DNA from: Paramoeba atlantica
Taxonomy: Eukaryota; Protista; Discosea
Length of the DNA stretch: 64,000 bases
Reading direction: 5' to 3'
Assembly: GCA_977017575.1 (NCBI GenBank)
Contig: CDRNVI010000012.1
Span: 186,001 to 250,000 of the forward strand
Below the pieces are notes generated by a model. That model was not told where the DNA came from and made no database searches. It saw nothing but the letters and a program-made list of their open reading frames with translations. Of the stretch, positions 1 to 10,720 are shown one piece after another. The translations under genes were made by a program, and so were the position numbers. Every line of letters starts with the position of its first letter. Position 1 is the first letter of the stretch.

Positions 1-700
1 GCCGTATATTATGAGCTCGACATACTTCAATCTGTTGTGCATTTAGTGTAGGCAATCGAAATCCAGCATAGAGGTTAACAGTCTTTTGTGGTGCAAAGAA
101 ACCTTGCCAAAATTTCGACGTCTGTCCTTGATCCTGCGAATTTTTTTGATAGTAGTGTGCGAACATGCATTGATGGTAAAATTTTCTTATTGCGGCAATA
201 TCAAAAACGGGAAAAGATGTAAAAATTGCACTGTGCGTGTTATTAGTAAGGATACCGTCGTATTCGGTGTTGCCCCAAATGTGTTGCCCGATACTACATT
301 TCATAGCATCGTTGAAGGCGTAAATCAGAGGTTTTTCAATACACACTATTTTACATGGTTTCGAGTACACAAGTTCATTCTTTATGTCGTTAAAGGGCTC
401 GTTTGATCTACCGAGTTCCAATGCAACTGCGTAACTTAAAATGAGAAAGGTTTTACGTGTGCGCACAGTATATGTGTAGGATGGCTTATGATATCTAGCT
501 AAGGATATTGACTTTGGGTTATACCAACTGTTTCGCTCATCAAAGAATTCCACAACTACATCTGTCGTGTCATGTACGATGGCTTGTCCGAAATTACGAA
601 TCTTATCAAAAAAGCGAAAGTCTACCATGGTCGGTGTCCCGGGATCGTGCGCAGACTCGCGCATGATAAGTTGCACAGGATCACGTATAAGGGAGGCCAT
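1..700 (-). CDS. Hypothetical protein, 5' part (runs off window start)
   Basis: Manual translation from ATG at 700 (MASLIRDPVQLIMRESAHDP...) is open for 233 codons to the window edge. Same strand as the cluster; no motif recognised. Confidence 0.7.
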   Translation of the reverse strand, partial: MASLIRDPVQLIMRESAHDPGTPTMVDFRFFDKIRNFGQAIVHDTTDVVVEFFDERNSWYNPKSISLARYHKPSYTYTVRTRKTFLILSYAVALELGRSNEPFNDIKNELVYSKPCKIVCIEKPLIYAFNDAMKCSIGQHIWGNTEYDGILTNNTHSAIFTSFPVFDIAAIRKFYHQCMFAHYYQKNSQDQGQTSKFWQGFFAPQKTVNLYAGFRLPTLNAQQIEVCRAHNIR

Positions 701-1022
701 ATTTTATAAAAATATTTTGAAATAGTAATAAAGCAACCTAGAATATCACCAATGGCCTGTGCATAATAAGAAGACAAACAATGATCAAGGACATGATGTA
801 ACCCCCATCCCCACAGTCACAATACTTACATGTGTATGTGTACACCTTGTAAAAACAACTTATGTACAAAACAACTTATGTATAAGACACAGCGCAATAC
901 AATGTGTGATAAAATAGATGAAACTCACTCACTGACAATAACGAAAAATTTCATTGTCAAGAATACCCCCCCAGCAGAAATTTCACACCCACTCTACAAT
1001 CCCAACTTCTAAATTCCAAAAA

Positions 1023-2246
1023 TCATGCATTCGCGGTCATCGTTTCACCTCGTGCAAGGAGAGTGCTGATGGCAGCAAGAACACGATGTGGAGTGTCGAC
1101 CTCATCGGAGGGTTGCGGCTCCACAGACCCTTCAGTGAGATTTGTGGGGTCCGAAGTACCCACCGCCCCCGCTATGGGTTCCACAGTTGAGGCGGTGCTG
1201 GTGCGTGGGATTGTGGTGGCAGGAACAATTCCCACCTCAGAGTCCAACTTGAGGACCACCGCGAAGCGTTGCCTGGTGGCACTCCCACATGGGATAATGC
1301 GAATCACTCTGTCTTGCTTGCGAAACGTAACGGTCTTCTCCTCCATGTCCAGATCAATGGTGACGCAATCCAGCGGCCCGAATTTCTCCAGCCCCTCTTC
1401 TTTTTTGTGATGAGGGTAGTTGGAATAGAACACCCCTGTCATGTAGTACACACAACAGTGGGTAGTCTTGTGAAATTCCTGATCTAGCGAGACGCAGTAA
1501 TCGCTGATGACCCCTAACCCAACATATTCACAACGACGTATCTCAAAAGTCACGCTGTGTTTTCCTTGCATGTAGAAATGTTCCCCCAGGAGACTCACGC
1601 TGTAGTGTGAACGAAATCGGTTTCGTTCCAAATTAGTCCCTCCGCCGTACTGGAACGCATTGGCTGGGGGTGACGTTTGTGAACGCACGACATCTGCAAG
1701 CGCATCGAGCCCGTAATAGTCCAAATCGTACAGAACCATGCCAAGTTCAGAGGAGGAGAGCTGTGACTTGTATCCTCGAAGGTAGTTTAGAATGTGCCGA
1801 AAGACATGACTGTCTCGATCCAATTCGATTCGTCCTGCCCCATCGCGCTGTACATTATCACAAGTTACTAAGCGACAGAGCATGGATTGCGGTTGCTTCA
1901 TAATGAATGACTTCGATATGCTATGATGTACTCCTCCAACGTTAAACGTGACTATATCGCCTGCAAGAAGTTTGCGCTCTTGAACAAGACGTTCTTGCTC
2001 TTCAAAGAAGCGCGTTTCTTCTTCCAATTCAAGAGCGGATCTACTCAGAGCTGCGTCCTCATCCTCTAGCTCTGCTTTTAAACGTGATAATGATTCTTTC
2101 CAGGCAGAGGAAGCGTGTGTACTTTCCACTTGATATTCGGCGGGAGAATTATGACGTAGTGTCTCTTCTTCCTCTGACAACATATTTTCGCGTGCGTGTG
2201 CCACTTGTGTCTCTACCTTTCTACGCTTTGTTTCTGTGTCCGACAT
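1023..2246 (-). CDS. BTB/POZ (KCTD/T1-type) domain protein with coiled coil and C-terminal SPRY-like domain
   Basis: VTFNVGG...IELDRDSHVFRHILNYLRG is the KCTD-type BTB signature. The beta-rich C-terminus (VGLGV...VTIDLDME..TVTF) resembles SPRY. Confidence 0.8.
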   Translation of the reverse strand: MSDTETKRRKVETQVAHARENMLSEEEETLRHNSPAEYQVESTHASSAWKESLSRLKAELEDEDAALSRSALELEEETRFFEEQERLVQERKLLAGDIVTFNVGGVHHSISKSFIMKQPQSMLCRLVTCDNVQRDGAGRIELDRDSHVFRHILNYLRGYKSQLSSSELGMVLYDLDYYGLDALADVVRSQTSPPANAFQYGGGTNLERNRFRSHYSVSLLGEHFYMQGKHSVTFEIRRCEYVGLGVISDYCVSLDQEFHKTTHCCVYYMTGVFYSNYPHHKKEEGLEKFGPLDCVTIDLDMEEKTVTFRKQDRVIRIIPCGSATRQRFAVVLKLDSEVGIVPATTIPRTSTASTVEPIAGAVGTSDPTNLTEGSVEPQPSDEVDTPHRVLAAISTLLARGETMTANA

Positions 2247-2422
2247 AAAAAGTAAAAGTGAAGACGAACTATTTATAGTTAATATCGCGACCGGGGGGTC
2301 TCTACTGATGCGGCATTGCCTCTATATACTCAGTACATGAAAGCAAAAAAATATTTACTTTCCTCTTTCATATTCTGCTCTGCTTTCAATTATCGAAAAG
2401 GTGAACAAAGGCAGCGAAAAAT

Positions 2423-3034
2423 CTACATGATGCTACACGTCTTTTCATGACAAGTATCTTCGCATGGAAAATTTGATAGTGTAATCCTCGTCTTTTTACA
2501 AAATAAGGTATTTCTTTCTAGTAGTCCTGGCGGCAGTTGAGTTGAAGAAAGCTCTCCACATAGTCTCGGATTGTTACTTACGTCCAAGAGGCAAAGGATT
2601 CTGGGCACTAACCCAATTTCAAGTGTGCCACTGAAATTATTGCTACTGAGGTATAGTTTTCGCATTTCAAGTGGTATCTCTTCCCAACGAAGTGTACCGA
2701 AAAAGTGGTTATCAGCAACACCGAAGGCCTTCAGACCTCGAGGCAAAGCCTCAAATTGCAACGACCCACTAAGTTGATTGTATGAAAGATATACTTCTAC
2801 AAGCATTTTAGGGATTAATTCCCATTCGGGATTGCCGCGAAGGTTTCGGTCGCCCCAGAGAACTCTTGTCAAAGTCGGTCCGTTGCATTCTACTCCGCTC
2901 CACTGACATATAGGAGTGTCTGTTGTCCAGGACGGGTGCGTGTTCTCAATGTCTTGCAAAAATCGGGCCAATGCATACTCCTGCGGCAAGGAAGCCGTTC
3001 TGACTCTTCCTAAGCGACACGATGTGTCGTACAT
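2423..3034 (-). CDS. Leucine-rich repeat protein (LRRNT_2 cap plus plant-type LRRs)
   Basis: HPSW...PICQWSGVEC cap and LSYNQLSGSL / LSSNNFSGTL repeats. Likely ATG at 3034 (ORF track extends to 3202). Confidence 0.85.
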   Translation of the reverse strand: MYDTSCRLGRVRTASLPQEYALARFLQDIENTHPSWTTDTPICQWSGVECNGPTLTRVLWGDRNLRGNPEWELIPKMLVEVYLSYNQLSGSLQFEALPRGLKAFGVADNHFFGTLRWEEIPLEMRKLYLSSNNFSGTLEIGLVPRILCLLDVSNNPRLCGELSSTQLPPGLLERNTLFCKKTRITLSNFPCEDTCHEKTCSIM

Positions 3035-3285
3035 GTCCGCAGCAAAACAACAGCATATTCCTTGAATAAATATTTGTCTGGTCATCAAAAACAAAAATAC
3101 AACGTTTTCAAAAACGTTTTTAACAAGACAGGTAAGATTTTGATTTCTATAAATACGAACCTTATTTAGTAGCGCTGAGGATTTCTTAATAAGAAAGAAC
3201 ACTTCTTAAAACGAAACACTTATTGCTCTGAAATAGTATTCTTTGAATAATAGCTGTCGCTACTAACTTGACTTGTTAAAAACAT

Positions 3286-3975
3286 TCACTTGTGAGATAA
3301 AATTGCACGTCGATAGTCATATGTTGCAGAAATGTCTGTATCGCTAAAGGAGATGCGGGTACCAGAACTCTGAAATAATTCGACCTTTCCACCGAGTTCC
3401 CGATTTCCATCCAATGAGAGTTGCTTGAGTTTTCCAGAAAGAACACCCACGGTTGTATTGCCCGAAAAAAGGTTCTTTGAAAGTAGTAGGTGCTCTAATT
3501 CCTCCGGCAGACATTCGAGCTCAAGAGGGCCGATAAGATGGTTGCTATTCAAGTTAAGATAGCGTACCACAGAAGGTAACGAATCAAAGCGTAGTGGGGA
3601 TGAATTTTTGAAGCGATTGCAACTTAAATCAAGGTGAGACAATTTTTCGGGCAAAGTTTCGAACACCAGATCACCGGAAAGATCGCCCTCCACAACGGAA
3701 AAATACTCCACGGATCGCGGCAGTGCTGATAGGACAAGAGAGCCTCTTAGCAAAGGAATTATATTACTCGAATCGATTCTACGTATCTCTTGCCCCACAT
3801 CTACACGATACCATCGGTACGCGGGTGTAGTTACGTTCCATGATGGATGTGGATTCCACACGTTTGCAACAAGACGCGCAAGTCGGAATTCTGGAGGCAG
3901 CTCTGTATTTTTTACCTTGGATGGGCGAAGAGGCAAATTTTCGGCGGCCTTAAATTTCAATGTAGAACAAATCAT
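3286..3975 (-). CDS. Leucine-rich repeat protein, tandem paralogue
   Basis: PEFRLARLV..NPHPSW cap and repeats LDLSCNRF, LNLNSNHLIG, LLLSKNLFSG. Confidence 0.85.
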   Translation of the reverse strand: MICSTLKFKAAENLPLRPSKVKNTELPPEFRLARLVANVWNPHPSWNVTTPAYRWYRVDVGQEIRRIDSSNIIPLLRGSLVLSALPRSVEYFSVVEGDLSGDLVFETLPEKLSHLDLSCNRFKNSSPLRFDSLPSVVRYLNLNSNHLIGPLELECLPEELEHLLLSKNLFSGNTTVGVLSGKLKQLSLDGNRELGGKVELFQSSGTRISFSDTDISATYDYRRAILSHK

Positions 3976-4337
3976 AGTTCTGGTGTCGATATCGTTTCAA
4001 GAATATGTAGGATTTATTCTAATAAATGTAACACGGGGAATGGTAGATTATATAAAATCGGAATTCGAATGGAAAAGTGTCGCGAAAACCTGTGTCACTG
4101 CAGTTAAATTTTTTATGCTTGTATACTTGTAACTGAAAAGAGCAATATCAAAGTCAGCGGATTGAAGTAAAAACCAAAATACTCGGCAGACCCTATAAAA
4201 GCACAATCCCGCGCTAAAATCCGTGCGAGGTCGCGCAAGACCCTACCCACAGATCATACATGTATCACATATCATAAGCAAATACATGTGTGTACATGCA
4301 TATACATGTATGTACATGAGGAGCCTATTAATAAACT

Positions 4338-5015
4338 TCACGAACGTTTGATCCGGCTCTTAGTCACGTACCTCACATAAAAATATAGTGCTTCGCTATT
4401 AGCAGGGTCTATAACTAAATTCTTCTTCCCAAAGAAAGTTTGTTTCGTCCGCGGTTCAACAATTTTGTGAGTGAAATCGTGTATCGGGTTCGGTTCCAAG
4501 GAGAAATTAGGTATTTCGTATGTATTTAATGAGGCTGTTTTACCCTGCTTCGCTAAATAGCCGTAGTAGGCATCCTGAACAGTCATTGACTTACAGTAAT
4601 AAACTTTTAGTGTATGCGGAGAGGATGGCGGAGTCGCACTTAAAGAAATATATATCAAAAAGAGAAACCACATTGGTAAAACCATCCAATCACGATGCGC
4701 ATTTCGCCTAGGCCCCAAGGCGCTCAAAAAAGCATGGAACACCATGTCTGCAAGCTCTGTGGAACCTGCATCATCTGTGTTACTGGGAAGAACGGTCTCG
4801 CCGTGCCAGTCATACGCTCTTCTTAATCTTGTATTTATTAGTACATCTCGTGCATAACTTACACGGAGAAAGCTCGAATGACTTTCAGTACCAGCTTTAT
4901 CAGGGTGAACGAACCGAGACACTCTACGATATGCCTTCCGAACTTCATCTGTCGTGCAATCAGACGAAAGTCCTAATACTTCATAGAGAGATTTAGACTT
5001 GCCGATCTGTTCCAT
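4338..5015 (-). CDS. DnaJ (J-domain) membrane protein, DNAJB12/14-like
   Basis: SLYEVLGL...VHPDK...LRRAYD J-domain, one hydrophobic segment, and a C-terminal PNFSLEP..F..K segment resembling DUF1977. Likely ATG at 5015. Confidence 0.75.
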   Translation of the reverse strand: MEQIGKSKSLYEVLGLSSDCTTDEVRKAYRRVSRFVHPDKAGTESHSSFLRVSYARDVLINTRLRRAYDWHGETVLPSNTDDAGSTELADMVFHAFLSALGPRRNAHRDWMVLPMWFLFLIYISLSATPPSSPHTLKVYYCKSMTVQDAYYGYLAKQGKTASLNTYEIPNFSLEPNPIHDFTHKIVEPRTKQTFFGKKNLVIDPANSEALYFYVRYVTKSRIKRS

Positions 5016-5621
5016 ATCATGTAGAACAATACAAACAAATACAAGAGGGGAATTCAAATCAAAGCAAGAGGAAATTATTTTTCGCGAAACCATCAAAGCA
5101 AAAAACTATTGTAAATCGTTGATAAAAGCTTTGTCTGTCAAAAAACTATTGTAACCAAAATTATTATGGATACAAATCTATTATTACCAAGCCGTAACAC
5201 AATGAACTAATGAAAAATCACAATTACTTTCGTATGACGACAATTATAAATAGAGAAGCAAATAAAGATTTTTTTTCCGTAAGCCCCCCATCCAGCTAAC
5301 CTCGTACCTCGCGGCGGTACCAGTCTTGTGCCGCCGCCTGTACAATCTGGGCGTTAAAAAATAAAGATAGTCTTTTGGTACAGAAGAAAGAACCTACTAG
5401 AGACTCATAGCATCAAAAAAATTGAAGACGAATAAGTTTTGTAGCATCCGACAGTCAAATTTGTCGTTGCGAAAAGTAAAATAGTTGCTATATTGCATGC
5501 AATCTCTAAAAAACCAAGAACTGCTTTCATAGAAGATAATTCAAACATGTAGATGCATATGGGTGGATTGTGAAAAATCTTGGGAATATACTGTACCTCA
5601 TCTCTAGTACTCCGCATAAAT

Positions 5622-7505
5622 TTAATGGCGCCGTCGGTGGGATCCATGATTTCGGTAGGTTGATTTTACTCTTTGCTGGGTAGCCCTCATAACAATATCC
5701 GGTAGCCATTCTGGGACTGTCTGATTGTGTTCTTTCAATATTTCCAAAAGTTCATTCGCTAGAGGGGTGTCACTTGATTGAAAAAAGGCAGTGGCAAGCC
5801 CAACATTTCCTGCTCGACCTGTACGCCCGATGCGATGGATGTAGTCATCCATGGCACTTGGCATATCGTACTGAATAACGTGAGACACGTTGGGAATATC
5901 CAATCCGCGACTTGCGACGTCTGTCGCAACGAGTACTGAAATCTCACCCGATCGGAAGAGTCGCAGCGCTTCTTCTCTTTCACGCTGGGAGCGATCCCCA
6001 TGAAGTGTTGCGACAGATATCCCGTCATTGGAGAGAGATATCATTAGCTCATCTGCGGCTCGCTTGGTTTCGACAAAAATCAGGGTCAGTGCCTCGGGAT
6101 CTTTCTGCAGCAATCGTCGTGTCAGAGTAAGTTTTCTGTCACCTTCGACCAATTCGACGCGCTGCGTGATTCCTTCCGTGGTACTTCCGACTCTGCCTAC
6201 CGTAACGAAATAGTAGTTAGCGAGGTAGTTCTTGGCAAGCGTCTGAATCATTAGTGGAAAGGTAGCACTAAACATTAAAGTTTGCCGATCTCCGGTGCTT
6301 GGCATGTCTGAATCCTTTAGAATTTGGTCAATTTGCTCCCCGAATCCAAGATCCAGCATGCGGTCGGCCTCATCCAAGACAACAAATCGCGTACAGGCAA
6401 AGTGTACGGTTTGTCTGTTGTACAGATCCCACAGTCGCCCAGGTGTTGCGACGACAAGATCTGCCCCTCGACGTAATTCCGCCATTTGTGGAGGAAGCTC
6501 AACACCCCCGTAGCATATCACAGAGCGCAGTTCCGTGCGGAAACAGAACTTACGCGCCTCATCGTGGATTTGCAAAACAAGCTCTCGTGTGGGACCTAGA
6601 ACAAGAGCTACCGGAAGGGCCCCACGGTAATGTGGATCCTGGCGAAGATGCATCGGCAAACGCCCTTTTCCATTCTCTAAAATGTCCGCTATGATGGGAA
6701 CAAGAAACGCGGCAGTCTTGCCTGAGCCCGTTTGAGCACACGCCATTAAATCTTTTCCACGGAGAACAATGGGGAGCGCGTATTGCTGAATAGGAGTGGG
6801 AGTGATGTATCCTGCGCGGTCAATATTTTCCAGGAGGCTTGGAGGCAGCTGAGCATTGTTGAAACCAGTCCAAGGCTGAATATTATTTGGAACGCAGTTG
6901 ACCGGAATTTTGCTGTAATGCGCAAAATTAATTCCCGTACTCATTTTCGTTTTTTGAAACAATTCCAAAACGGCCTCTTCTTCTGTATTGCCTCTTAGCG
7001 ATGTTGTGTGATGCATTGTTTCACCAGCTTCGGCAATGTTTCGATTTTCTCGAAAGCTGTTCGGGCGCCCAATACGGTTTTTTTCACTTCGGTACGCAAA
7101 GTTTCGAAAATTCTCCGGTGCTGCATACTGAGAGAAGCCTGCAGACTTTTGAAATCGAGATCCTAGACTCTTCTCTTCTTCAGACCTGGTTTCCATTTGT
7201 AAAGCGTCGGTTTCATCGTGCTGTTGTCTTGTTCTTATGGAATGATCATAGCGTCCCCAGACTCCACTACGATCATATTCTTTATCCTTGACAGTTGGTC
7301 TAGGTTTCTCGCCAGTGTCTCGAGCGTCGTGGACTGCGCCGTAATCGTGAGGGGAAGCTCTTCCTCTTCCTCTCCCACTTTCTCTACCACGTGAGACTCC
7401 ACGCCTCGGACGATCTCCCACTTTTGCTTCATCTTTGAAAGATACTATTCCGCGAGACAGCTCAGAAGTCCCTAGAGCTCTATGGGAAGCACCACCCTTC
7501 CACAC
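5622..7505 (-). CDS. DED1: DEAD-box RNA helicase, DED1/DDX3 family
   Basis: Q motif GYITPTPIQ, AQTGSGKT, PTRELVLQI, TPGRL, DEAD, SAT, HRIGRTGRAG, with an RGG-rich N-terminus. Start is uncertain because the first in-frame ATG is at 7196. Confidence 0.9.
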   Translation of the reverse strand: MWKGGASHRALGTSELSRGIVSFKDEAKVGDRPRRGVSRGRESGRGRGRASPHDYGAVHDARDTGEKPRPTVKDKEYDRSGVWGRYDHSIRTRQQHDETDALQMETRSEEEKSLGSRFQKSAGFSQYAAPENFRNFAYRSEKNRIGRPNSFRENRNIAEAGETMHHTTSLRGNTEEEAVLELFQKTKMSTGINFAHYSKIPVNCVPNNIQPWTGFNNAQLPPSLLENIDRAGYITPTPIQQYALPIVLRGKDLMACAQTGSGKTAAFLVPIIADILENGKGRLPMHLRQDPHYRGALPVALVLGPTRELVLQIHDEARKFCFRTELRSVICYGGVELPPQMAELRRGADLVVATPGRLWDLYNRQTVHFACTRFVVLDEADRMLDLGFGEQIDQILKDSDMPSTGDRQTLMFSATFPLMIQTLAKNYLANYYFVTVGRVGSTTEGITQRVELVEGDRKLTLTRRLLQKDPEALTLIFVETKRAADELMISLSNDGISVATLHGDRSQREREEALRLFRSGEISVLVATDVASRGLDIPNVSHVIQYDMPSAMDDYIHRIGRTGRAGNVGLATAFFQSSDTPLANELLEILKEHNQTVPEWLPDIVMRATQQRVKSTYRNHGSHRRRH

Positions 7506-7857
7506 GTTACCCGTAGAGCACTTATTTTGCGAGCTGTTCGAGGTAGAATCTGCAGAGCTGGACAGTTTGAAAAGTTAACAAATAAAAGCTTGCTAAAGTA
7601 AAAATATAAATATTACGTAGAAAAAATATTACACTTTTCTAGATGCACTCTATGTTAAAATAATTGTTGTGTATTCAAGTACCAAATATATTAAAAAAAC
7701 ACCAAGTGTGACGTGTTTTAGCTTCCTAGTTGCACATTGGTAACTTGACCTCGTTATACCTTGTTGAGAATGACTAGAAAGGAATACGCAGTTCGTACAC
7801 AGTAGCATAAAAAAACATAGACCAAGGAAAAAAACAATAAAGATCGAAGAGGTTAAC

Positions 7858-10233
7858 TCAGACAGCGTCGTCAACCGGAGCATGCCCAGCTCTTCTGAGA
7901 TCAAGCAGATAACTGTAGTAATCGGGACGGTCAGTTACTATTTCGCGACTATCAAGATTTCGTGTTCGCGAATACTGACAACGCTCATTGCGCAAAATAC
8001 CCTGAACTTTTTCATCGACAAAGTTTCCATAATGTTGCATATTTCTGTCATATGTTTTGGAATTCGGTCGGACAACCTTGATGATTCGTTTTTGAACCGG
8101 ATTTTTTGCGAAATTCGTCATTGCTATTTCATTGTAACCACCTGCTCTAGATACCGGATTTTCATTAAAAAGCGGAAACTCGTCTGGAACAATATGGGAA
8201 GGATTCAAGGAAACGATTACAGGTTGTACCAGGGGTATGGTCTCTACCATAAATCGGACTGCATATATGGGCATCATGGCATCTGTGCCGTAGCTATGAG
8301 TACATAGATTCAGTTCATCACTTGGCAGGAGTGGAGTAATGGTCCCCTTCTCAATTTCCTCGCGTACTAACACCAAAGTCCACCGAAGGTCTTGCGGAAG
8401 TGTGCACAAATGTTTCGAACGAGTTTGTATGGCGCGGAGTACACTGTATGGCACCACGGGACGGTATGCGCCGGTTTGCTGCAAATCCATTTCCGCTGTA
8501 ATAAAATCACGAGTGCAAATAGGCCAGAAACAGCTTGTGTCCAGAAATCTTACCGCATTGGCAGTTCGACGCAAGAAATCTATCGTAGGAGATGACGTGA
8601 ATCCTTGTACGGCTCTCATATCAAGTGCTTCGAAATGTGGTAAACACTGCATTAGAATACGGTCAAGTGTATGTACGTCTCCAACGGTTCTGGCTATCAG
8701 GGTCTCACGCTGAGCTGTATCGGATACTCTCATGAGCAAATCAAAAAGATGTAAGTAGTCTTCTATCACACGGTTTTCGTCTCCCATGATGTTCCATAAA
8801 TTTTCTACCATGTCAGTGTCAATAGGATACATTGACCCTAGAGCCAAGAATAGTTGTGGAGCGAAACGAGTATGCTCCAGTCGAGACCTTACTTGATTCG
8901 CTGACCATGGAAGCGGACGTGTGTCGTTTAGAACAGATTGAGGAATGCGCGACGATAAAAACGTGTTACTACTCATTGAAACACCCTTTTCTCGTGTTAT
9001 TCTTAGTACACAGCTCCGTATTGCTGCAATAATATCATCTCTCCAGAAACCTCCGAGGGTCATGTACAAGAATATTTCGGTAGAGAGATGGAAGGTTGCA
9101 TTAAATTCTGTGAGAGTTGAGGATAAAAGGCGAATAGCCATGTTTCCTGTTGCTTGAACAAAAGTTCCATTGGCCCATTGACGTAAAGATAGAGCAGCTC
9201 CTAGAATAGTCACAATATTTTCTAGTGGCCATTCATCAATGTTTTGCAACGCTAATTCTTGACCCAAAGTAAACAGCACTTTGCCACAACCCGGGTGCCA
9301 TTCAGTAATCGCATCTCCTATTCGGAGAAAAGCACGAGCAGTATCGCGGACAGCGTCTTTTTGACGTGTGACAAGTCTTTCGTAATTTGTTGTTGCGTCA
9401 TCACATCGAACGTGGGAGAAGCAACGAAGAACGGTTGCTAAAAACTTCGGATCTGTAATAATGCGCTGATTCCCAGGTGAGGTAGTAAGATGCTCCTCAA
9501 TCTTGCTCAAAAAATTAAAGTGAGATTGATGTTGAAGTGGATCCGGCAATCGTATATGTGAGTGTACTGATATAGGTCTTGAAATTACTTTCTGGGAAAG
9601 AAATGGAGCTCCAATTTCGTGATTTTTAGCAAGTTCAATTAATACGGCTGCAAGATCTTGATTTGAAAATTTGGGGAGTATCGATAGAATATCTTCCCTT
9701 ATGTACACGCACTGTATGTTTTGGAAGTTAAAAGAGGAACATTTTTTCCATTCGTACAGAAGTTCACTAGGACTACGCGCAGAACGGTAACGTGAAATTT
9801 GGGACGTAAGTTCAGGATCAATACGTTCGATTAGAGGATTTCGTGCGTCTGGAGCATTCAATGCATGGCCCAAACCGGTGTATCCCGCCGAATAAAAATG
9901 TGAACTCTCGTCAACATACTGTATATTCGATTGGTTTTCCGACGTTTCGTTAGCGTCCAATGATTCTAATAATTTCTTATCGCTTTCCTCAAGACTGGAT
10001 ACATGAGTTGATGGTGAAATTGATAAGGGTATGTCTGGAAGGGTATCAGTTGGGATGAAAGTTGGTCCGTAGCCGAATTCTTCATCATACTTGGGGAGAG
10101 GGTAAGGTGTATACGTAGGGGGAAGCGATTTCGGTTCCTGATGTTCTACAGTGGAGTGTAGTGCGAAATTTGGTACCGAAGGGGGAACTAATCCAGGAAT
10201 TAACATACGGCATAGTGACGTAGGTCGTGGCAT
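7858..10233 (-). CDS. Hypothetical 791-aa protein, possible helical-repeat (OPR/FASTK/RAP-like) mitochondrial RNA-binding protein
   Basis: Long intact ORF on the cluster strand. Weak repeat-like segments (LPKFSNQDLAAVLIELAK, WPLENIVTILGAAL). The function call is low confidence. Confidence 0.6.
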   Translation of the reverse strand: MPRPTSLCRMLIPGLVPPSVPNFALHSTVEHQEPKSLPPTYTPYPLPKYDEEFGYGPTFIPTDTLPDIPLSISPSTHVSSLEESDKKLLESLDANETSENQSNIQYVDESSHFYSAGYTGLGHALNAPDARNPLIERIDPELTSQISRYRSARSPSELLYEWKKCSSFNFQNIQCVYIREDILSILPKFSNQDLAAVLIELAKNHEIGAPFLSQKVISRPISVHSHIRLPDPLQHQSHFNFLSKIEEHLTTSPGNQRIITDPKFLATVLRCFSHVRCDDATTNYERLVTRQKDAVRDTARAFLRIGDAITEWHPGCGKVLFTLGQELALQNIDEWPLENIVTILGAALSLRQWANGTFVQATGNMAIRLLSSTLTEFNATFHLSTEIFLYMTLGGFWRDDIIAAIRSCVLRITREKGVSMSSNTFLSSRIPQSVLNDTRPLPWSANQVRSRLEHTRFAPQLFLALGSMYPIDTDMVENLWNIMGDENRVIEDYLHLFDLLMRVSDTAQRETLIARTVGDVHTLDRILMQCLPHFEALDMRAVQGFTSSPTIDFLRRTANAVRFLDTSCFWPICTRDFITAEMDLQQTGAYRPVVPYSVLRAIQTRSKHLCTLPQDLRWTLVLVREEIEKGTITPLLPSDELNLCTHSYGTDAMMPIYAVRFMVETIPLVQPVIVSLNPSHIVPDEFPLFNENPVSRAGGYNEIAMTNFAKNPVQKRIIKVVRPNSKTYDRNMQHYGNFVDEKVQGILRNERCQYSRTRNLDSREIVTDRPDYYSYLLDLRRAGHAPVDDAV

Positions 10234-10720
10234 TTCATGAGGAATACGAACAAGAAGCGTGTAGAAATAGGACAGGAAGGAAAATCTTGATGTAAACCAA
10301 AAACGGACGCTACATCGGTTCTATTATTATAAAGCTATTTAAGGTTATTCTCAACTTGATAGTTCGAATCTAGGCGCATGCAAATAGTCACAGTACGGAA
10401 AGTCAAGTTTCAATAAAAAGATAAACTTGATAGAGCATCGAAATATTGTGATCGGTCCGTAACAATAAGTATTTTGCTATCCGTATTGGTCTAATGATCA
10501 CCACAAACACTATTGTAGGATATGATATATAAATGAGCAAAAACGAAGTAGACATTCTATTTAGTATATTTTTTGGCTAATATTTGAGATTCTGCGCATT
10601 CGAAAAGGAGAGTAAAAATCTACATCTTAAAAGCGTAATAGTGAACATAGGATTTTTCATAGCGCAGAAACAATACAGTGAAATATTAAAATGCGTTCTG
10701 AATTATAAGCAATTCTCATA

